A stretch of 63,823 bases of DNA, taken from the NCBI RefSeq assembly GCF_004010195.1, contig NC_057753.1, positions 535,776 through 599,598 of the forward strand, given 5' to 3'. Each line of letters opens with the position of its first letter. Position 1 is the first letter of the stretch. The notes under the pieces were generated by a model that saw only the letters and a list, made by a program, of their open reading frames with translations, made no database searches and had not been told where the DNA came from. The translations under genes were made by a program, and so were the position numbers. This DNA comes from Chiloscyllium plagiosum. Its lineage: Eukaryota. Shown in pieces: positions 12,830 to 26,591 of the stretch.

Positions 12830-13510
12830 AAAGTGGAGTTGCAGGTCGAGAGGATAGTGAAGAAGGTGTTTGCTATGCTTGCCTTTATTGGTCACTCCAT
12901 TGAGTATTGAGTTGAGAGGTCATGTTACGGCTGTACAGAACATTGACTAATCTAGTTCTGGAGGACTATCCACAATTCTGGTCTCCCTGCTGTAGGAAGG
13001 ATGTCGTGAAACCTGAAAGTGTTCACCAAAGATTTACAAGGATTTTGCCATGATTGGAGGGTTTGAGCTATCGGGAGAGTCTGAATAAACTGGGGCTATT
13101 TTCCTTGGAACATTGGAAGCTGAGGGTTGAACTTATAGAGGTTTATAAAATCATGAGGGGCAAGGACAATGTGAACACTCAAGGTATTTCCCTGAGTTCG
13201 AGGAGTCCAAAAACGGAGGGCATAGTTTTAAGGTCTGATGGGAAAGATTTGAAAGGAACAAATGGGGCAACAGTTTCACTCAGACAGGTGCTGCCTATAT
13301 GGTCTGAGCTCCAAGGGAAGTGGTGGAGGCTGGCACAATTGCAACATTTAAAGAGCATCTGGATGGGTATATGAATAAGAACCGTTTAGAGGAATATGTG
13401 CATAAAGTTGGCAGATAGCACTAGATTCATTTAGGATATCTAGTCAGCATGGACAGGTTGGGCTGAAGGGTCTGTTCCTGTGCTGTACTTCTCCACGACT
13501 CCATGACTCT
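12830..13510 (+). mobile_element. CR1 3' fragment
   Basis: MEGLSYRESLNKLGLFSLEHWKLRVELIEVYKIMRG; 3' UTR with GAAGGGTCTGTT motif. Confidence 0.9.
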
Positions 13511-14019
13511 TGCTGTGGGATTTTACATTGCAACAATGTATTTTCTACCATTTTCAATATTTACAATTCTTCATAACTGTGGTAATTTCAATAAAAGTGA
13601 CAATATCAAGGGCACGCTTTATAATTGCAAAGGCTGTGCACTGGCACAAAACAGATCTCTGATTGATTCAGTGATTTGTGAAGAATGACCATGTCTTCAT
13701 AATGTACTTTCTCAGTTCCCCTTATAACCAGACCAAAGGCTTTAGCTATAGCATTTAAGAATCTCCTGTCCCTCCACAGATTTGATCTGAAACCTCAAGG
13801 TTCATATCTTTGAAATTCCTTTGCAAATTATTCGCAAAAGAAACAAAAAAAAAACCTTTCCTTCATGTCGCAGAGCAATGTTTGTATGTTTTCTTGAGTT
13901 TGGTCTCGATAACCACACATGTTTTCGAATATATCAACCATGATTTTGTTACGGAGCACAGTTTGACATCTGCTCTCCACTGTTCACCTCCTTCAGCAAC
14001 CTTCTCGTTTAGAATGTGA

Positions 14020-14570
14020 AACCTGGAGCAGAATTAGACCATTCAGTCTATCGAATCTGTCCCGCTATTCAATGAGATCATGGCAGATCTGATAAACCTG
14101 GACTTCAATTTCCTGACTTTTCCTTTAACCAATTGATTCCTTTACTGAATAAAAAACCTATCCGTCACTGCCTTGAATATTTTAAATAACCCAGCATCGA
14201 CCCCCCTCTATGATAAGAAATTCAACAGCTTAGCAATCTTTTCATAGGACAAATACCTCACCACATCTACGTTTAATAGGTGAATCGTTACACTGATTGT
14301 GTCCCGTGGTCCTAGACAGTCCCACTAGGGGAAACAGTTTCTCCAAACCTCTTGCTGATTACAATTGGTTTGATAAGATCGCCTTTCAGTCTTCTCAACT
14401 ACAAGGCCGATTCATATAATTATGTTTATTTAAAAAAACCCTTCATATCCGTGATTAGCCGAATGAAATTTATCTGAACTCCATCCAATGTCAAAATATA
14501 TTTCGATAGGTAAGGGGACCAAAGGCTGTTCACGGTTTTTTGCCGTTATTTGATTATTGCTTTCTATGGC
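14020..14570 (-). mobile_element. Old CR1 3' fragment
   Basis: Reverse 3' UTR (GGAGCAGAATTAGACCATTCAGTC) and RT C-terminal similarity. Confidence 0.6.
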
Positions 14571-14839
14571 TTCAGAAAGCCTCTTTCCACAGCTCATAAG
14601 AAGATGACCAAATATGAGTTAATTTGCAGGTGCCGATACTTTTAAAGTGAGACCGGTTTTGTCCCCAATTTGCATAATGACCTACTTATGGAAAGAAGAA
14701 TTGAGAAGTTAGTCATTCACCACGCCTTACTTAAAAATAACAACGAGCTAATTATAATGTATGCTGTCATCATTTCAGTTGGATTCCAGATAATGTGAGA
14801 GCGATTGTTCTTTATTGACCAAATAGGGAGTCAATGATT

Positions 14840-15360
14840 TCGATCAAAATTGGAGCCACTGAGAATCAGGTGAAAAATCAATGCTTTGCGCCATTCCTAG
14901 CAAATGGAAAATGATTGGTGTTGTTGGAAATCATTAATCTCAGCGCCAGGACATCTCTGCTGAAGTTCTTCAGGGGAATGATCCTGGCTGAACTATCTTC
15001 ATCCGTTTTATCAACGACCTCCCCTACACCATAAGAGCAGGAGCAGGGATGTTTACTGGTGATCGTACAACGTTCAGCACCATTCATAACTCTCAAATAC
15101 TGAAGCAGTCCATGTCTAAATGCACCACGATCTGGATCCATAGCACTTTTTGGGCTGACAATTGTTAGCGAAAGTTCCTGCCACTCTAATACTAGGCATT
15201 GATCATCACCAATAAAATTACCCGGAGACATTCAGTGATATTAACTTTACAGGGTCACCCAATATAGACAACCTGATTGTCACCATTGACCAGAACCTGA
15301 ACTGCTGTAGTCATATAAGTACAGTCGCATCAAGAAGTGGTCAGAGGCCAGAAATCTGAT
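14840..15360 (+). mobile_element. LINE (CR1/L2 clade) RT fragment
   Basis: Decayed SAEVLQGMIL...FINDL...MFTGD RT motifs; related minus-strand copy at ~19300-20180. Confidence 0.6.
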
Positions 15361-15369
15361 TCACTAACT

Positions 15370-15725
15370 ATAGGATGGTGCGTTGCCTCCTTGGAAGGGA
15401 ATGATATTATGGTGTGGGTGCGGAATTCCTTCTCGGGAAGATGGCACTCTCAGATGTCACTGTCCATATTGGTGCTAACAACATAGGCATGAAGAAGACG
15501 GAAGTCCTGAAGACGGATTTCAGCGAGTTAAAAATGAAATTGAAAGACAGATTCTCAAAGGCAGTAATCTTAGGCAGTATCAATGGGTAAAAGAACAGAA
15601 GGAGTGATTGGTTCAAAACGTTTTGAAGAGCAGGTGTAGGAAAAGGCGCTTTGAATTTCTGAGGAATTAGAATGGATTCTGCAGCAGGTTGAGTCAGTGT
15701 CATCTGAACCTGCTACATCTTCACT
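15370..15725 (+). mobile_element. CR1 ORF1 SGNH-esterase fragment
   Basis: VTVHIGANNIGMKKTEVLKTDFSELKMKLKDRFSKAVI, resembling the HIGTND block of CR1 ORF1. Confidence 0.75.
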
Positions 15726-15755
15726 GGTTAGTCTTCTCAGATGCTGGAGATCAGG

Positions 15756-15934
15756 GTCGAGAAGTGTGTTGCTGGAAAAGCACAGCCAGTCCAGCAGCAT
15801 CAGAAAAGCAAGAGAGTAGACTTTTCGAACATGAGCACTTAATCAGACGAAGAGCTTATGCTCAAAACGTCGACTCTCCTGTTCCTCGGATTCTGCCTGA
15901 CCGACTGCGCTTTTACCGCACCACACTTTCTGAC
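15756..15934. mobile_element. Head-to-head pair of Penelope-type termini (~180-bp imperfect palindrome)
   Basis: GTCGAGAAGTGTG...(centre ~15845)...CACACTTTCTGAC; arms carry CUGAUUA...GAAAAGUC (-) and CAGACGA-AGAGC UUAU GCUC-AAAACGUC (+). Confidence 0.75.
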
Positions 15935-16227
15935 TATTTCAGTTTCTGTTTAATTGTAACTCACAGGGTGTTGGCAGACGGATAATTCAGTGACTGAAAA
16001 ACCATTGGGTATGAAGTGGTAATAGCTAGAGGTCTTGTTGTGTCGATGATCATTGGATGGATCTCAGAGCATTTGAAATCCACCAAAAGTACCAGCAAAT
16101 TCGGTGAAAATATCATGTGATAATTGATTCCGTGTTGAATGAGGCAGAGGTGCAATTTAGACACGAATATGTATATACAAGTATTTGAGGTATATGTATG
16201 TACATTTCTCTCTGCGTGTATATATAT

Positions 16228-17360
16228 AGAGTCATAGAGTCATAGAGGTGTACAGCATGGAAACAGACCCTTCGGTCCAACCTGTCCACGCCAACTAGAC
16301 ATCCCAACCCAATCTACTCCCACCTGCCAGCACCCGGCCCATATCCCTCCAAACCCTTCCTATTCATATACCCATCAAAATGCCTCTTAAATGTTGCAAT
16401 TGTACCAGCATCCACCACATCCTCTGGCAGCTCATTCCATACACGTACCACCCTCTGTGTGAAACACGTGCCCCTTAGCTCTCTTTTATATATTTCCCCT
16501 CTCGCCCTAAACCTATGCCCTCTAGTTCTGGACTCCCCAACCCCAGGGAAAACNNNNNNNNNNNNNNNNNNNNNNNNNNNNNNNNNNNNNNNNNNNNNNN
16601 NNNNNNNNNNNNNNNNNNNNNNNNNNNNNNNNNNNNNNNNNNNNNNNNNNNNNNNNNNNNNNNNNNNNNNNNNNNNNNNNNNNNNNNNNNNNNNNNNNNN
16701 NNNNNNNNNNNNNNNNNNNNNNNNNNNNNNNNNNNNNNNNNNNNNNNNNNNNNNNNNNNNNNNNNNNNNNNNNNNNNNNNNNNNNNNNNNNNNNNNNNNN
16801 NNNNNNNNNNNNNNNNNNNNNNNNNNNNNNNNNNNNNNNNNNNNNNNNNNNNNNNNNNNNNNNNNNNNNNNNNNNNNNNNNNNNNNNNNNNNNNNNNNNN
16901 NNNNNNNNNNNNNNNNNNNNNNNNNNNNNNNNNNNNNNNNNNNNNNNNNNNNNNNNNNNNNNNNNNNNNNNNNNNNNNNNNNNNNNNNNNNNNNNNNNNN
17001 NNNNNNNNNNNNNNNNNNNNNNNNNNNNNNNNNNNNNNNNNNNNNNNNNNNNNACCCTCCACCACCACCATCTATCTTCTACCTTTGAGCCAGTTCTGTC
17101 TCCAAATGGCTAGTTCTCCCTGTATTCCAAGAGATCTAACCTTGCTAATCAGTCTTCCATGGGGAACCTTGTCGAAAGCCTTACTGAAGTCCATATAGAT
17201 CACATCTATTGCTCAGCCCTCATCAATCTTCTTTGTTACTTCTTCAAAATACTCAATCAAGTTTATGAGACATGATTTCCACACACAAATCCATGTTGAC
17301 TATCCCGAATCAGTCCTTGACTTTCCAAATACATGTACATCCTGTCCTTCATGATTCTCC
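16228..17360 (-). mobile_element. Young CR1 3' fragment spanning an assembly gap
   Basis: (AGAGTCAT)n tail and low apparent divergence; RT sequence resumes after the N run. Confidence 0.88.
16554..17053. other. Assembly gap (500 N)
   Basis: Run of N. Confidence 1.
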
Positions 17361-19299
17361 TCACTTCTGTCTACTTCAGACCCTGTTTGGTCGGTACCTT
17401 AGATCCATTGACTTATGCTGAAATAGAGACATCGAGGCCTACAAAACAGTAAACGTCCAGTCCCTCCGTCTTGGGCTGAAGTGTGGTTTATCCATCGTTG
17501 CTCTCCCTCAACGGCTTTAACATATTTTCAGCAATAAGGATTCAAAAATTCACACAATGCTCCAGGTGAGGTCTAACAAAACTGCTTTACAAATGAGGCA
17601 ACACTTCACTACTCCTGCACTCAAATCCTCTTGTGATGAAAATTAAATTCTATCAACCTTTCTAATTGCTTGCTGCAAGCGGATGTTAGCCTTCAGAGCA
17701 TAATTGGGAAGGGCACCCAAAGCCTTTTGTTCCACTTCTTTTACAACCTTTCTTAATTTGACAAATATCAAGCACATTGTTTCTTTCCATAAGAGTGGGT
17801 AATCTCTCATTTTCCCAGGATATTTTCAATCTGCTATTACCTGATCATTGTTTTAACATGAATTACCATAAGCTCGCGGGCGATTTTACTTCGTGCCCCC
17901 AGGAACCAGATCAAATGTTTTGTGTGTGTGATTAATATTCTTTTGACTTTTTCTGAATATTTTAATTTTTATGTCTGTGAAATTCATGGTTTCATTTTCT
18001 ATGAGCCGTCAGAAAAAAAAAAATCCCCTGACATTGTCAATTTGATACATAACATTCCAGGAAAAGAAAACTTATTTCATGTTACATAGAGGTGTTGGTC
18101 TGATAGCCATTTCAGACCATCTGGAGATGTCAACCGTGATATTGATACTTTGCATCTTTCGTTATTTCCTGTACGCTGTTTATCTCAGTCCACACATTCC
18201 AATTTTACATGGTTGAGCACAATCTTGACCAGAGACATCTATTTTAATCAAGAGTCTGGAATCTGCTTTACGCTGAAAGGGGCTTCGCTCCTAATTTTCA
18301 ATGCTTTTTACTTTTTGGATTTTAAAGAAATAATGTTCAATAAGTATAGACGCCTCAAAAGTTCGATTGCCTGATGCAGATAAGTACTTCCATTAGTGCA
18401 GCTGAATAGGGAGGAACAGTTGTTAATCTGTCAATAATGTTTGTATCTCTAAAGACAGACAACTATTGAGAACCTGTATTTTATCATAGAAACCTGGTTG
18501 TTGCAAAACATCGTCAAGCTTCGAGACTGCAAAATATTGATCAATTTCTGCACGATGGGCTCGGATCAGCCATCAATAAATTGTAACATGTATGTGCATA
18601 ATGCAAGTTATTGTGCTGATTAATATTTCATATTTAAATTCAATGCTCTGCTGTGCCATTTATTTGTAATACTTTTAGGAATTTGTCAAGATTAATATCC
18701 ATTGCTATAATTCTACTAAAGATGATGCTTGTACACTTACAAAATTACTGAATGATGTTGATTTTGGTTGAACTCCGAAACACATCACTGATTTTTTTTT
18801 TTGTTTTAAACATCTGTTTTACAGGAAGGTATGGCAGAACTGAGATGCCTATCAAGCAGATTTCTAATGCATTTCCTAATTTACTTGATTCAACGATTAA
18901 TTGCTTTGAGAGCAAATTCTGGCTGAGGCACTGAGCTGCAATCTGATTCAGTGGAGGCTTGTGCAACTTGATTTCTCAGCTCTATCTGCAACAAATAACT
19001 GTCAACCAGATTGCAATTGACTTAAAGTGAACTCAGTTGCGAGGGACATAATACACAACAACTTCTTGGCGTCAAGAAACATTTGAAAGTACTGGACACA
19101 GCAAAGGCTATTTTTGCTGCCAAAGTCCATGCAGTAGTTACAAATTTAAATGCTCCATATCTTTCCAGTACAAGCGCTTCCAGTGCAACTACATTGCTGT
19201 CAACTTCCAGCAACACAGAACCCTTCCCACATGCATCCTGCCCAGGAATATAGGGCAATAACAAAAACAGAAAATAGCACAGCAGTTGACTGCTGTTAG

Positions 19300-20180
19300 T
19301 CATTATAAACAAAAAGGAGGGCAATCTCAGTGATACGGGGGAATTCAGTGAGTGTAATGGTATCAAGTGGTGATGGCAAGATCCTTTCTTGTTGCAGATG
19401 GTTACTGGCTGACCATGTGAGGTGCTAATATTTGTCATTTCCAGGTCTTACTGCATTTGGCCACGTATGCCTTTCATTTCTGAGGAGTTGTGAATTGTAT
19501 TGAATATTGTGTCTTCTTCAGAAAACATCACACTTCTGATCTGAAGATGATAAATGAAGTAGCTGAAGATGGTTTAATATATGACATTACTTTGAGTATT
19601 TCCAACAGAGATGTTCTGGAGCTGAAATATCTGACATCCAATAGCCACAGCGATCCTCCTTTGCAATAGGTATGATTGGAACCAGTAGAGAGTTTTGATT
19701 CTGACCGATTTCAGTTTTGCGAGGGCTTCTTCATTCTACACGCGATCAAATGTGTCCTTGATATGAAGAATTCACTCATCTGCTTCACCTCTGGAATTCG
19801 GCTCATTTGTCCATATTTGAACCAAGACTGCACTAACGTCAGTATCTAAGCAGCCTTGGCCGAAGTCATACTTACTGCAAAGCCATTGGTTCTCTTTAAC
19901 TCTGCTGAAGAGCCGTATCATCACATTTCCAGTGATCAAGAGTTTACTGATTGGGTAATAATTGTTCGGAATGGATAAGGAAATAACGAGGCAATGTTCA
20001 TCATTGCTGTTTAGATGGCATTATTGCAGCTTTACCAGAACAACTTGGCTCGTGGGACAACAGGTTTTGCAAAATAATCATTGAGCACATTTGGAGGAAC
20101 GTTGTAAGTCCTCATTGAATTATCCGGAGCCTACAGATATTTGATGCTATGATCAAGAATGATTCGAAACTGAAGACTGG
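19300..20180 (-). mobile_element. LINE RT fragment (decayed)
   Basis: Reverse complement resembles 14840-15360 (GCTGAAGATGG...GATGTTCTGGAGCTGA...ATCAAATG). Confidence 0.55.
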
Positions 20181-21639
20181 CATGTTCGATTTCTGGGGCC
20201 TCTGCCAGAACAGAAATTTAAGAAGATTACTGACCACCTTCTGAAGGGCAAGAAGGAATGAACAATAAGTGCTAGCCCAACCGTGTTATACATATCCCAT
20301 GAATTAATCAGTTATGAAATAGCAGTGCTCCAATTTTCAATGCACATATTTACTTTGACAGAAATAGACAGGGGTGATAATAAGCTGCAAGTTTCCTTCC
20401 AAGCTTGGACTAACATTATGTTCTCTCACGAATTTTAAGAAGCTGCATTGGAACTTTCTGACAGGAATGTGGGAGCTTCTCCTGAGAGTATGAAGTGATT
20501 CAAGAAGATGTCAGTCCATTATCTTCTCAGGACTAATTTGGAACTGTAGCCAAAACAGGACGGAGTGTTCTCACTCTTTTATAAATGTAGAGTTGCATTA
20601 TCAATGAAAAGAAAACGCTTATTACTCGATCTAAAAGGAGTTACGTAGCCCATGTGCAGCTCATGATAACTGAGGTGCATTCTTCCCATTAGGTATTGAT
20701 TTGTGGCAAATTCTCAGTTGTTTTCAATTGGAAATATTGTTCTGGACGGTAACTGATGTGAGGAGCATTAGTTATTGATTTTACGGAAGCGGGAAGGTGA
20801 AGGCAATAAGAGACAAGAAACGAGCTAGTTCCTTCTTTTAGTTCCCTTATGATACAGGAACATTGGGCCATTTGTGGCATCGGGGCGAACCCAACTGTAT
20901 GTTGCGGTGAGCACTGCATTTATTGATTGGCTGAACTGCAGTTATTATTTATGTTTAGAAAAGTTAAACATTTGAAACTGTGTTCATGTATTTCGTAAAC
21001 TGCAGTTTTTCGGTTTGTTTAATTGCAGTCTTATATAAAATATATCAAGTCGTTTGCATGAAGTAATGAGGGTCGTTAAATCTACAACGGAGCTTACATT
21101 TATATAAGTGTTTCCCTGTCTCATGCCGGCGACAGAGCTTCACAAACAATGCGTATTCTTGTAGGCAAAGCAGTGAAAGATATATAGTAGATACATTGTT
21201 TTAGTCTCGACAACTAATTCTAAATATTATTTTCTGATACATTTGTTTATGCATTCCATGTTTAATATTCTTCCAGCACCACCCACAATTCATATTGCAT
21301 TCAAAATTGCTCACACTCAAGCATTATTAGGAATTCTAAGCGTTACTATACAACCATCAAAACAACCTGGTGTGGATTCTGAGTAGAGACCAATTTATGT
21401 GCATTCTGGCGAAAATGTGACACTTCTTCTGCTTCAACATGTTTTGTGGATTAATGTAACTTTAGGGTTGTGTGTGTGCTTTATAACAGTATGAATAAGT
21501 TCTACTAGAAGATAGAGGAAATTTAGAGAGTTGAGAACCCCCAACTGACTGCATTCACAATAGTGTAAAAGACTCTGCAAAATGTGTCAATATTAAACTG
21601 TAAAACTTTCAGACGTGGGTTATTAATAAGTTCATTTAG

Positions 21640-22860
21640 AATACTCGATCTGCTCCGTCATTCGAGCATTGCTGACATGCCTCTCAACCCCATTCTTCTG
21701 CCTTCTCTCCATAACCATTGATCCCTTTCTAATCAAGAAACTAAATCTGTATTAAATGCACTCAATGATTTAGACTCCACAGACCTCTGTGACATGGAGT
21801 TATACCCTTTTGTTGAATAAATTCCTCTCCATTTCAATTTTGAAGGATCGTCCCTTCACTCTGAGGCTATGCCCTAGAGTCGAAGTCTGTAGTGCGAGGG
21901 AAATTATCTTCTGCTCATCCGCTGTATACAGGTTTCTCAGTATTGAGTAAGATTCAACGACACTCCACCCTTATTCTTCTAAACTGCATTGCGCTCAGAG
22001 AATCTTCAACTGATCTTCATAAGATAAGCCTGGTATCCAGTGGATCATTTATGTAAAGCCTCTGTGGACTCCCTCCAATGCCACACGTCCTTCGTTAGAC
22101 AGGAGTCCAAAACTGCTCACAATATTCCAAATGTGCTCCTAATGGACCCTTATACAGTTGGACTTCCAACTCCCATCATGCTTCAAGTTTCAGAAGTCCT
22201 TTCCCATTTAGGAAATATTTCTCATATTTATCCTTCCAACAAAAATTCGTAACCTTACATTTCCCCACATGATGTTCCATCTACCACTTCTTTGCTAATC
22301 CCCCCGACAGTCGAAATCCTTCAGCACAATCCATTTCCTCAGCATTTCTTGGCCCTGAAACTATCTTTGTATAATCTGTGACGCTGGCAACAATGCCCTC
22401 AGTTTCTTCGTTTAGATCATTTATGAATGAAGTGAATAGTTGTGGTCCCAACGCTGACCCTGCAGAAATCCAGTAGTCACTGGCTACCATCCTGAAAAAT
22501 GACCTCTTTATCCCCACATCTTATCTTCTGCCAGTCAGCCAATTCTCCAGTTCTGACAGTGAGTTATGCCAAACACTATGGCTCTTATCTTATTTATCAG
22601 GCCTCTGTGCTTGTCAAAATCAAAATACATCGTGTTTACTGGGTCTCCTTTGTCTTACTTGCTGGTTGCCTCCTCAAATAATTCTTTCAGATTTGTGAGG
22701 CATGGCTTCCCATTGACAAAGCTGAAACAACCCTATTTTACCAATCACACGCAAGTGTTCTGCAATCTCACGTTGAATAATGGGCACGAAAATCTTACCA
22801 ACGACCGAGGTTAGGCTAACCAGCCTAAATGTCACGGCTTTTGAGTTAACTAATTCGTTG
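21640..22860 (-). mobile_element. CR1 fragment (RT to 3' end)
   Basis: Minus-strand RLVSLTSVVGK and SALGPQLFTSFINDL motifs. Confidence 0.85.
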
Positions 22861-22957
22861 CAAGAGACCGGATAATAATAGATTTCCATTAATCTTTCTT
22901 AGCTAAGCTTTCTTAGAGAAGCAATAAAAGAAGGATAAAGCCATTATGGCTTTAATT

Positions 22958-23715
22958 AGAACAAAGAACAAAGAAAACCTACAGTCCAGGAACAGGCCCT
23001 TCAGCTCTCCAATCCTGAGCTGATCCAAATCTATTGTCTAGACCTGTCGGCCAATTCCTAAGCATCTGTATCACCCTGCTCCCCACCTACTCACGCATCT
23101 GTCCAGACACATCTTAAATGAAGCTACCACGCCTGCCTCTATCACCTCTGCCGGCAACGCGTTCCAGACACCCACTGCCCTCTGTATAAAGTACTTGCCG
23201 TGTACCGCGTGTGGGTGGCACGGTGGCCCAGTGGTTAGCACTGCTGCCTCACAGCGCCAGAGAGCCGGGTTCAATTCCCGCCTCAGGCAACTGACTGTGT
23301 GGAGTTTGCACATCCTCCCCGTGTCTGCGTGGGTTTCCTCCGGGTTCTCTGCTTTCCTCCCACAGTCCAAACCTGTACAGGCCAGGTGAATTGGCCATGC
23401 TAAATTGCCCCGTAGTGTTAGGTAAGGGGTAAATGTAGGGCTATGGGTGGGTGGCGGGTCGGTGTGGACTTGTTGGGCGGAAGGGCCTGTTTCTAATCTA
23501 ATCCCCCTTAAACATTTCACCTCTTGTTATTGAAACCTGGGAAAAAGCTTGCCTCCATCCACCCTGTCTATACCCTTCATGACTTTGTATATATCTCAAT
23601 CAGGTACCCCCTCAATCTCCCTTTTTCTAATGAACACAGTCCTAACGTTTTCATCCTCTCTTCATAGCTAGAACCATACCAGGCAACATCCTCATAAAAC
23701 TTCCCTGCACCCTAT
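22958..23715 (-). mobile_element. CR1 3' end with nested SINE
   Basis: (AGAACAA)n reverse tail; QRAVGVWNALPAEVIEAG-type 3' sequence. Confidence 0.8.
23213..23502 (+). mobile_element. HE1/V-SINE-type tRNA-derived SINE
   Basis: A box TGGCCCAGTGG (23224), B box GGTTCAATTCC (23268), V-domain TGTGTGGAGTTTGCACAT.CTCCCCGTGTCTGCGTGGGTTTCCTCCGGG, CR1-derived 3' tail. Confidence 0.92.
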
Positions 23716-23974
23716 ACCCTGGAACATCTAGTTGCCAATAATGACCTTCTTTCAACCAAGTCTCTATGATTGTAATACGTCATACTCACAGGCACCAATC
23801 CAAGTCCTAGGTTTATCTACCTTACACACGATACTCCTTTCATTAACGTAAATACACTTCAGGTCACCAGTTCTTTTGCATTCATCTGTTATCTGCCTAC
23901 TCTTCCACTTATTAATGCTATCTTTATGATTCTTACATATCTAGTATACACATCGCTATCTAATTCCATTCTCT

Positions 23975-24185
23975 TCTGGTTCCCACTACCCCTGCCACAT
24001 TAGTTTAAAACCTCCCCAACAGTAGTAGCAAAACCTCCCCCAAGGACATTGGTTCCAGTCTGTTTCAGATGTAGACTGTCCATTTTGTAATAGTCCTACG
24101 ATCCCCAGAACCGGTCCCAATGTCCAACAAATCTGAACCCCCTCCCTCCTACACCAACCCTCAAGCCACGTGTTCATCCTGCCTA
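23975..24185 (-). mobile_element. CR1 ORF1 C-terminus / ORF2 junction fragment
   Basis: MNTWLEGWCRREG... and GLHLKQTGTNVLG in another frame, typical end of the CR1 ORF1 esterase. Confidence 0.75.
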
Positions 24186-25329
24186 TTTTTCATTTCTACG
24201 CTGGCTATCAAGTGCCTTGTGTAGTTTCAGAATATTCTCCAGAAACATTGGAAACAACGGATCAGACTAAATTCGATAGAAGGCTGATTTTCAGACCTGG
24301 TTTAATTAAGACGCTATTATTGAGGAAAACTCAGCAAATAATGAGTGAATACCATAAAATGAACCATTGCGATCCAGGATAAAAGTTAAGGCACACTAAT
24401 CAATAATAAAACCTATTATCATGATGTTAATAAAGTACAACGTTCTCACATGCAGAGAGATCTGGCTTTCAGAATGGACATTAGTCAAGAAAGTTAAATG
24501 AAACTTATGTGTTTTTGTGACAGCAGTGCACTGCAACACTATAACAGCTTCTGTTATATAGGGCATTGCTAAGATAAAAATCAGATATATGTTGGACAGT
24601 GTTGGCCACTGTGCTTATGGAAATGTTAATGAGAAAGAAGAGAAAATAGGGGAGAGAGGCGAGGTCTGCATATTCTGGAATTAAGCAGAAACAGAGTTCA
24701 CTTAATTGAAACATATGGAGTGCTGAGGAAAATAGGCGGGGTCGATGATGAAAGATTGTTTCCTTTTTTGGGGAAATAACGAAAAGAAATCATAGTTTTA
24801 ACACAAGGACTCGTCCATTTCAGACAGACATGAAAGGGAAAGAATTGCTTATATATATTGTGAGTCTTTGGAATGCTCTTCCACAAAGATAGAGAAATAA
24901 GAACGGTATTAAATATTTATAAGGAAAGGTAAATGAATTATTGATTTCAAGGCGATGAAACATTATTCAGTATGCAGGAATGTGAAGTTGAGGTTAATTT
25001 CAGATCAGCCATCATCTTCTTGAATGCTGTAGCAGGGCTAGAAATGCGGGGGTGGGGAGGGGGGGGGGGCATTCTTGTTGCCTCTTCTGAAGAAATAAAC
25101 GGATAATAATCAGGAAGGAATTCGATATTACTCAGTTTCAGCCAAGCAGCCTCAAGAACTCCGATTCCCTCCACTCCACCTCCACATGGCAAACAGCATG
25201 CGATGATGCTGAACGTTTTGCATTAAAAACGGGCAAATAGAATACACTGAAAATGCTAAAACAACGTTAGCAGTCTCTGAGAAGAGCAGAACAAAGTTCA
25301 GACTTCACGCCATGTGTTTTAATCGGAGC

Positions 25330-25365
25330 CCATCTGATGAAATATCATGATATGAAACCACAACC
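25330..25365 (+). ncRNA. Hammerhead-core remnant (likely inactive) of a PLE-derived repeat
   Basis: CUGAUGA-A-AUAU CAUG AUAU-GAAA; the downstream CCAC lacks the stem III/NUH site. Confidence 0.4.
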
Positions 25366-26591
25366 CTGGTAAAAGTTTTCACAGCATCATAACGCTGTCT
25401 GCGAGGGTGTGGCTGCTTCCCCCGACAAAGATTTCACATTTAAACGTATATGCACGGCTCCTGTTTCCAGCTTATGCAATCTCTCGAAGTTCTCTTTCTC
25501 GATGCAAACATTTTCCGCCTGTTCATAATTCAAACGCATATTATGTGGGCCAACAATTGCAGTTCTTTGAATAAAGAAAGCTCATTTTCCATGTAGTCAT
25601 CATATTAATATTTCCACGTCAGTCAACATTCTGGATAATCGTTGGTGCAAGCTTTGAAATCACAGCATACAAACTCTTTGGTGGAGTCAAACGCTGATCT
25701 GTGATATAGTGTTGGGATTTATCATTTGCACCATTTTGAATTGATTTAACAAGCATGAACTGGAATTTCATTTGACTCTTTGTGAAATCCTACCAAGCTC
25801 TAACGTTATGCTCAAAAAGGCGCCTTCCTCAACGAAACAAAACACTTTGAACAATTCAACGCATATCGAATCCTCTTTTGATTAACAAATGCCAAAAACA
25901 TTTTACACTTGCTCCTGAGTTCTGTCTGCTGCTTTTGAACTAAATCACACCAATCTATCAATATCGCTTTGGTCTTCTGAATTGCGAGCCATATTTGCAG
26001 TTGAACAGAACATTCAAGTTTCAGCAGCATCGTCTCGAAGATTATACCCAAGTGGATGATGTCAACGTGACGAGAAGCTTCTATCCATTTTTAAACAGGC
26101 TGAATTTCGTCTCTTTTTTCGTGTTTCTCAGTTCTGAATTCTTGAATTGACTTCACTGACCAGTTTCAAATTTTGAATTCTGCAAAATCTGTACTTACTT
26201 TCATAGCTACTAACAGTCAAGGACTTTCAAATATTGACACACATTTCATGCGAAATTTTCAAGGAACGAGAGACGCCAATTAAATTGGATGTTTCTAATT
26301 TTATGGTTCTAGCGAGCATTGCATGCATACATAAGACTGCGTGACCACTCGGTTGTCAGAGGTCACCATGTGTGGGTTTCAGTCTTAATTATTTAAGTGC
26401 CCCCTTTGTTCATGAATTCGCTGCCTGAACTTGACAAATGTTCACGGATATGAAATTAAAATGTCACCAAGTTAAAGACAAGGAAATAAGCACATGATGT
26501 TAATGTCTCTATTCTCAATTGATGCAGATTTCCATGATGTGATGTTGGTTCGTCTGCATAAAGCTCAGCCTGTCACAATTCGTGAGTTAGA

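Noticed and set aside
16459-17198. ORFs of ~200 aa in the track
   Set aside because: Artefacts of the 500-N gap; the same applies to ORFs over 41620-41756.
23213-23290. tRNA gene
   Set aside because: The A/B boxes belong to a SINE head followed by the V-domain body; there is no cloverleaf acceptor stem or T-run terminator.
1-26500. Additional Ig segments, host genes, CRISPR or prokaryotic systems
   Set aside because: No Ig motifs, RSS pairs, spaced-repeat arrays or long intact ORFs seen; the sequence is vertebrate intergenic repeat DNA.
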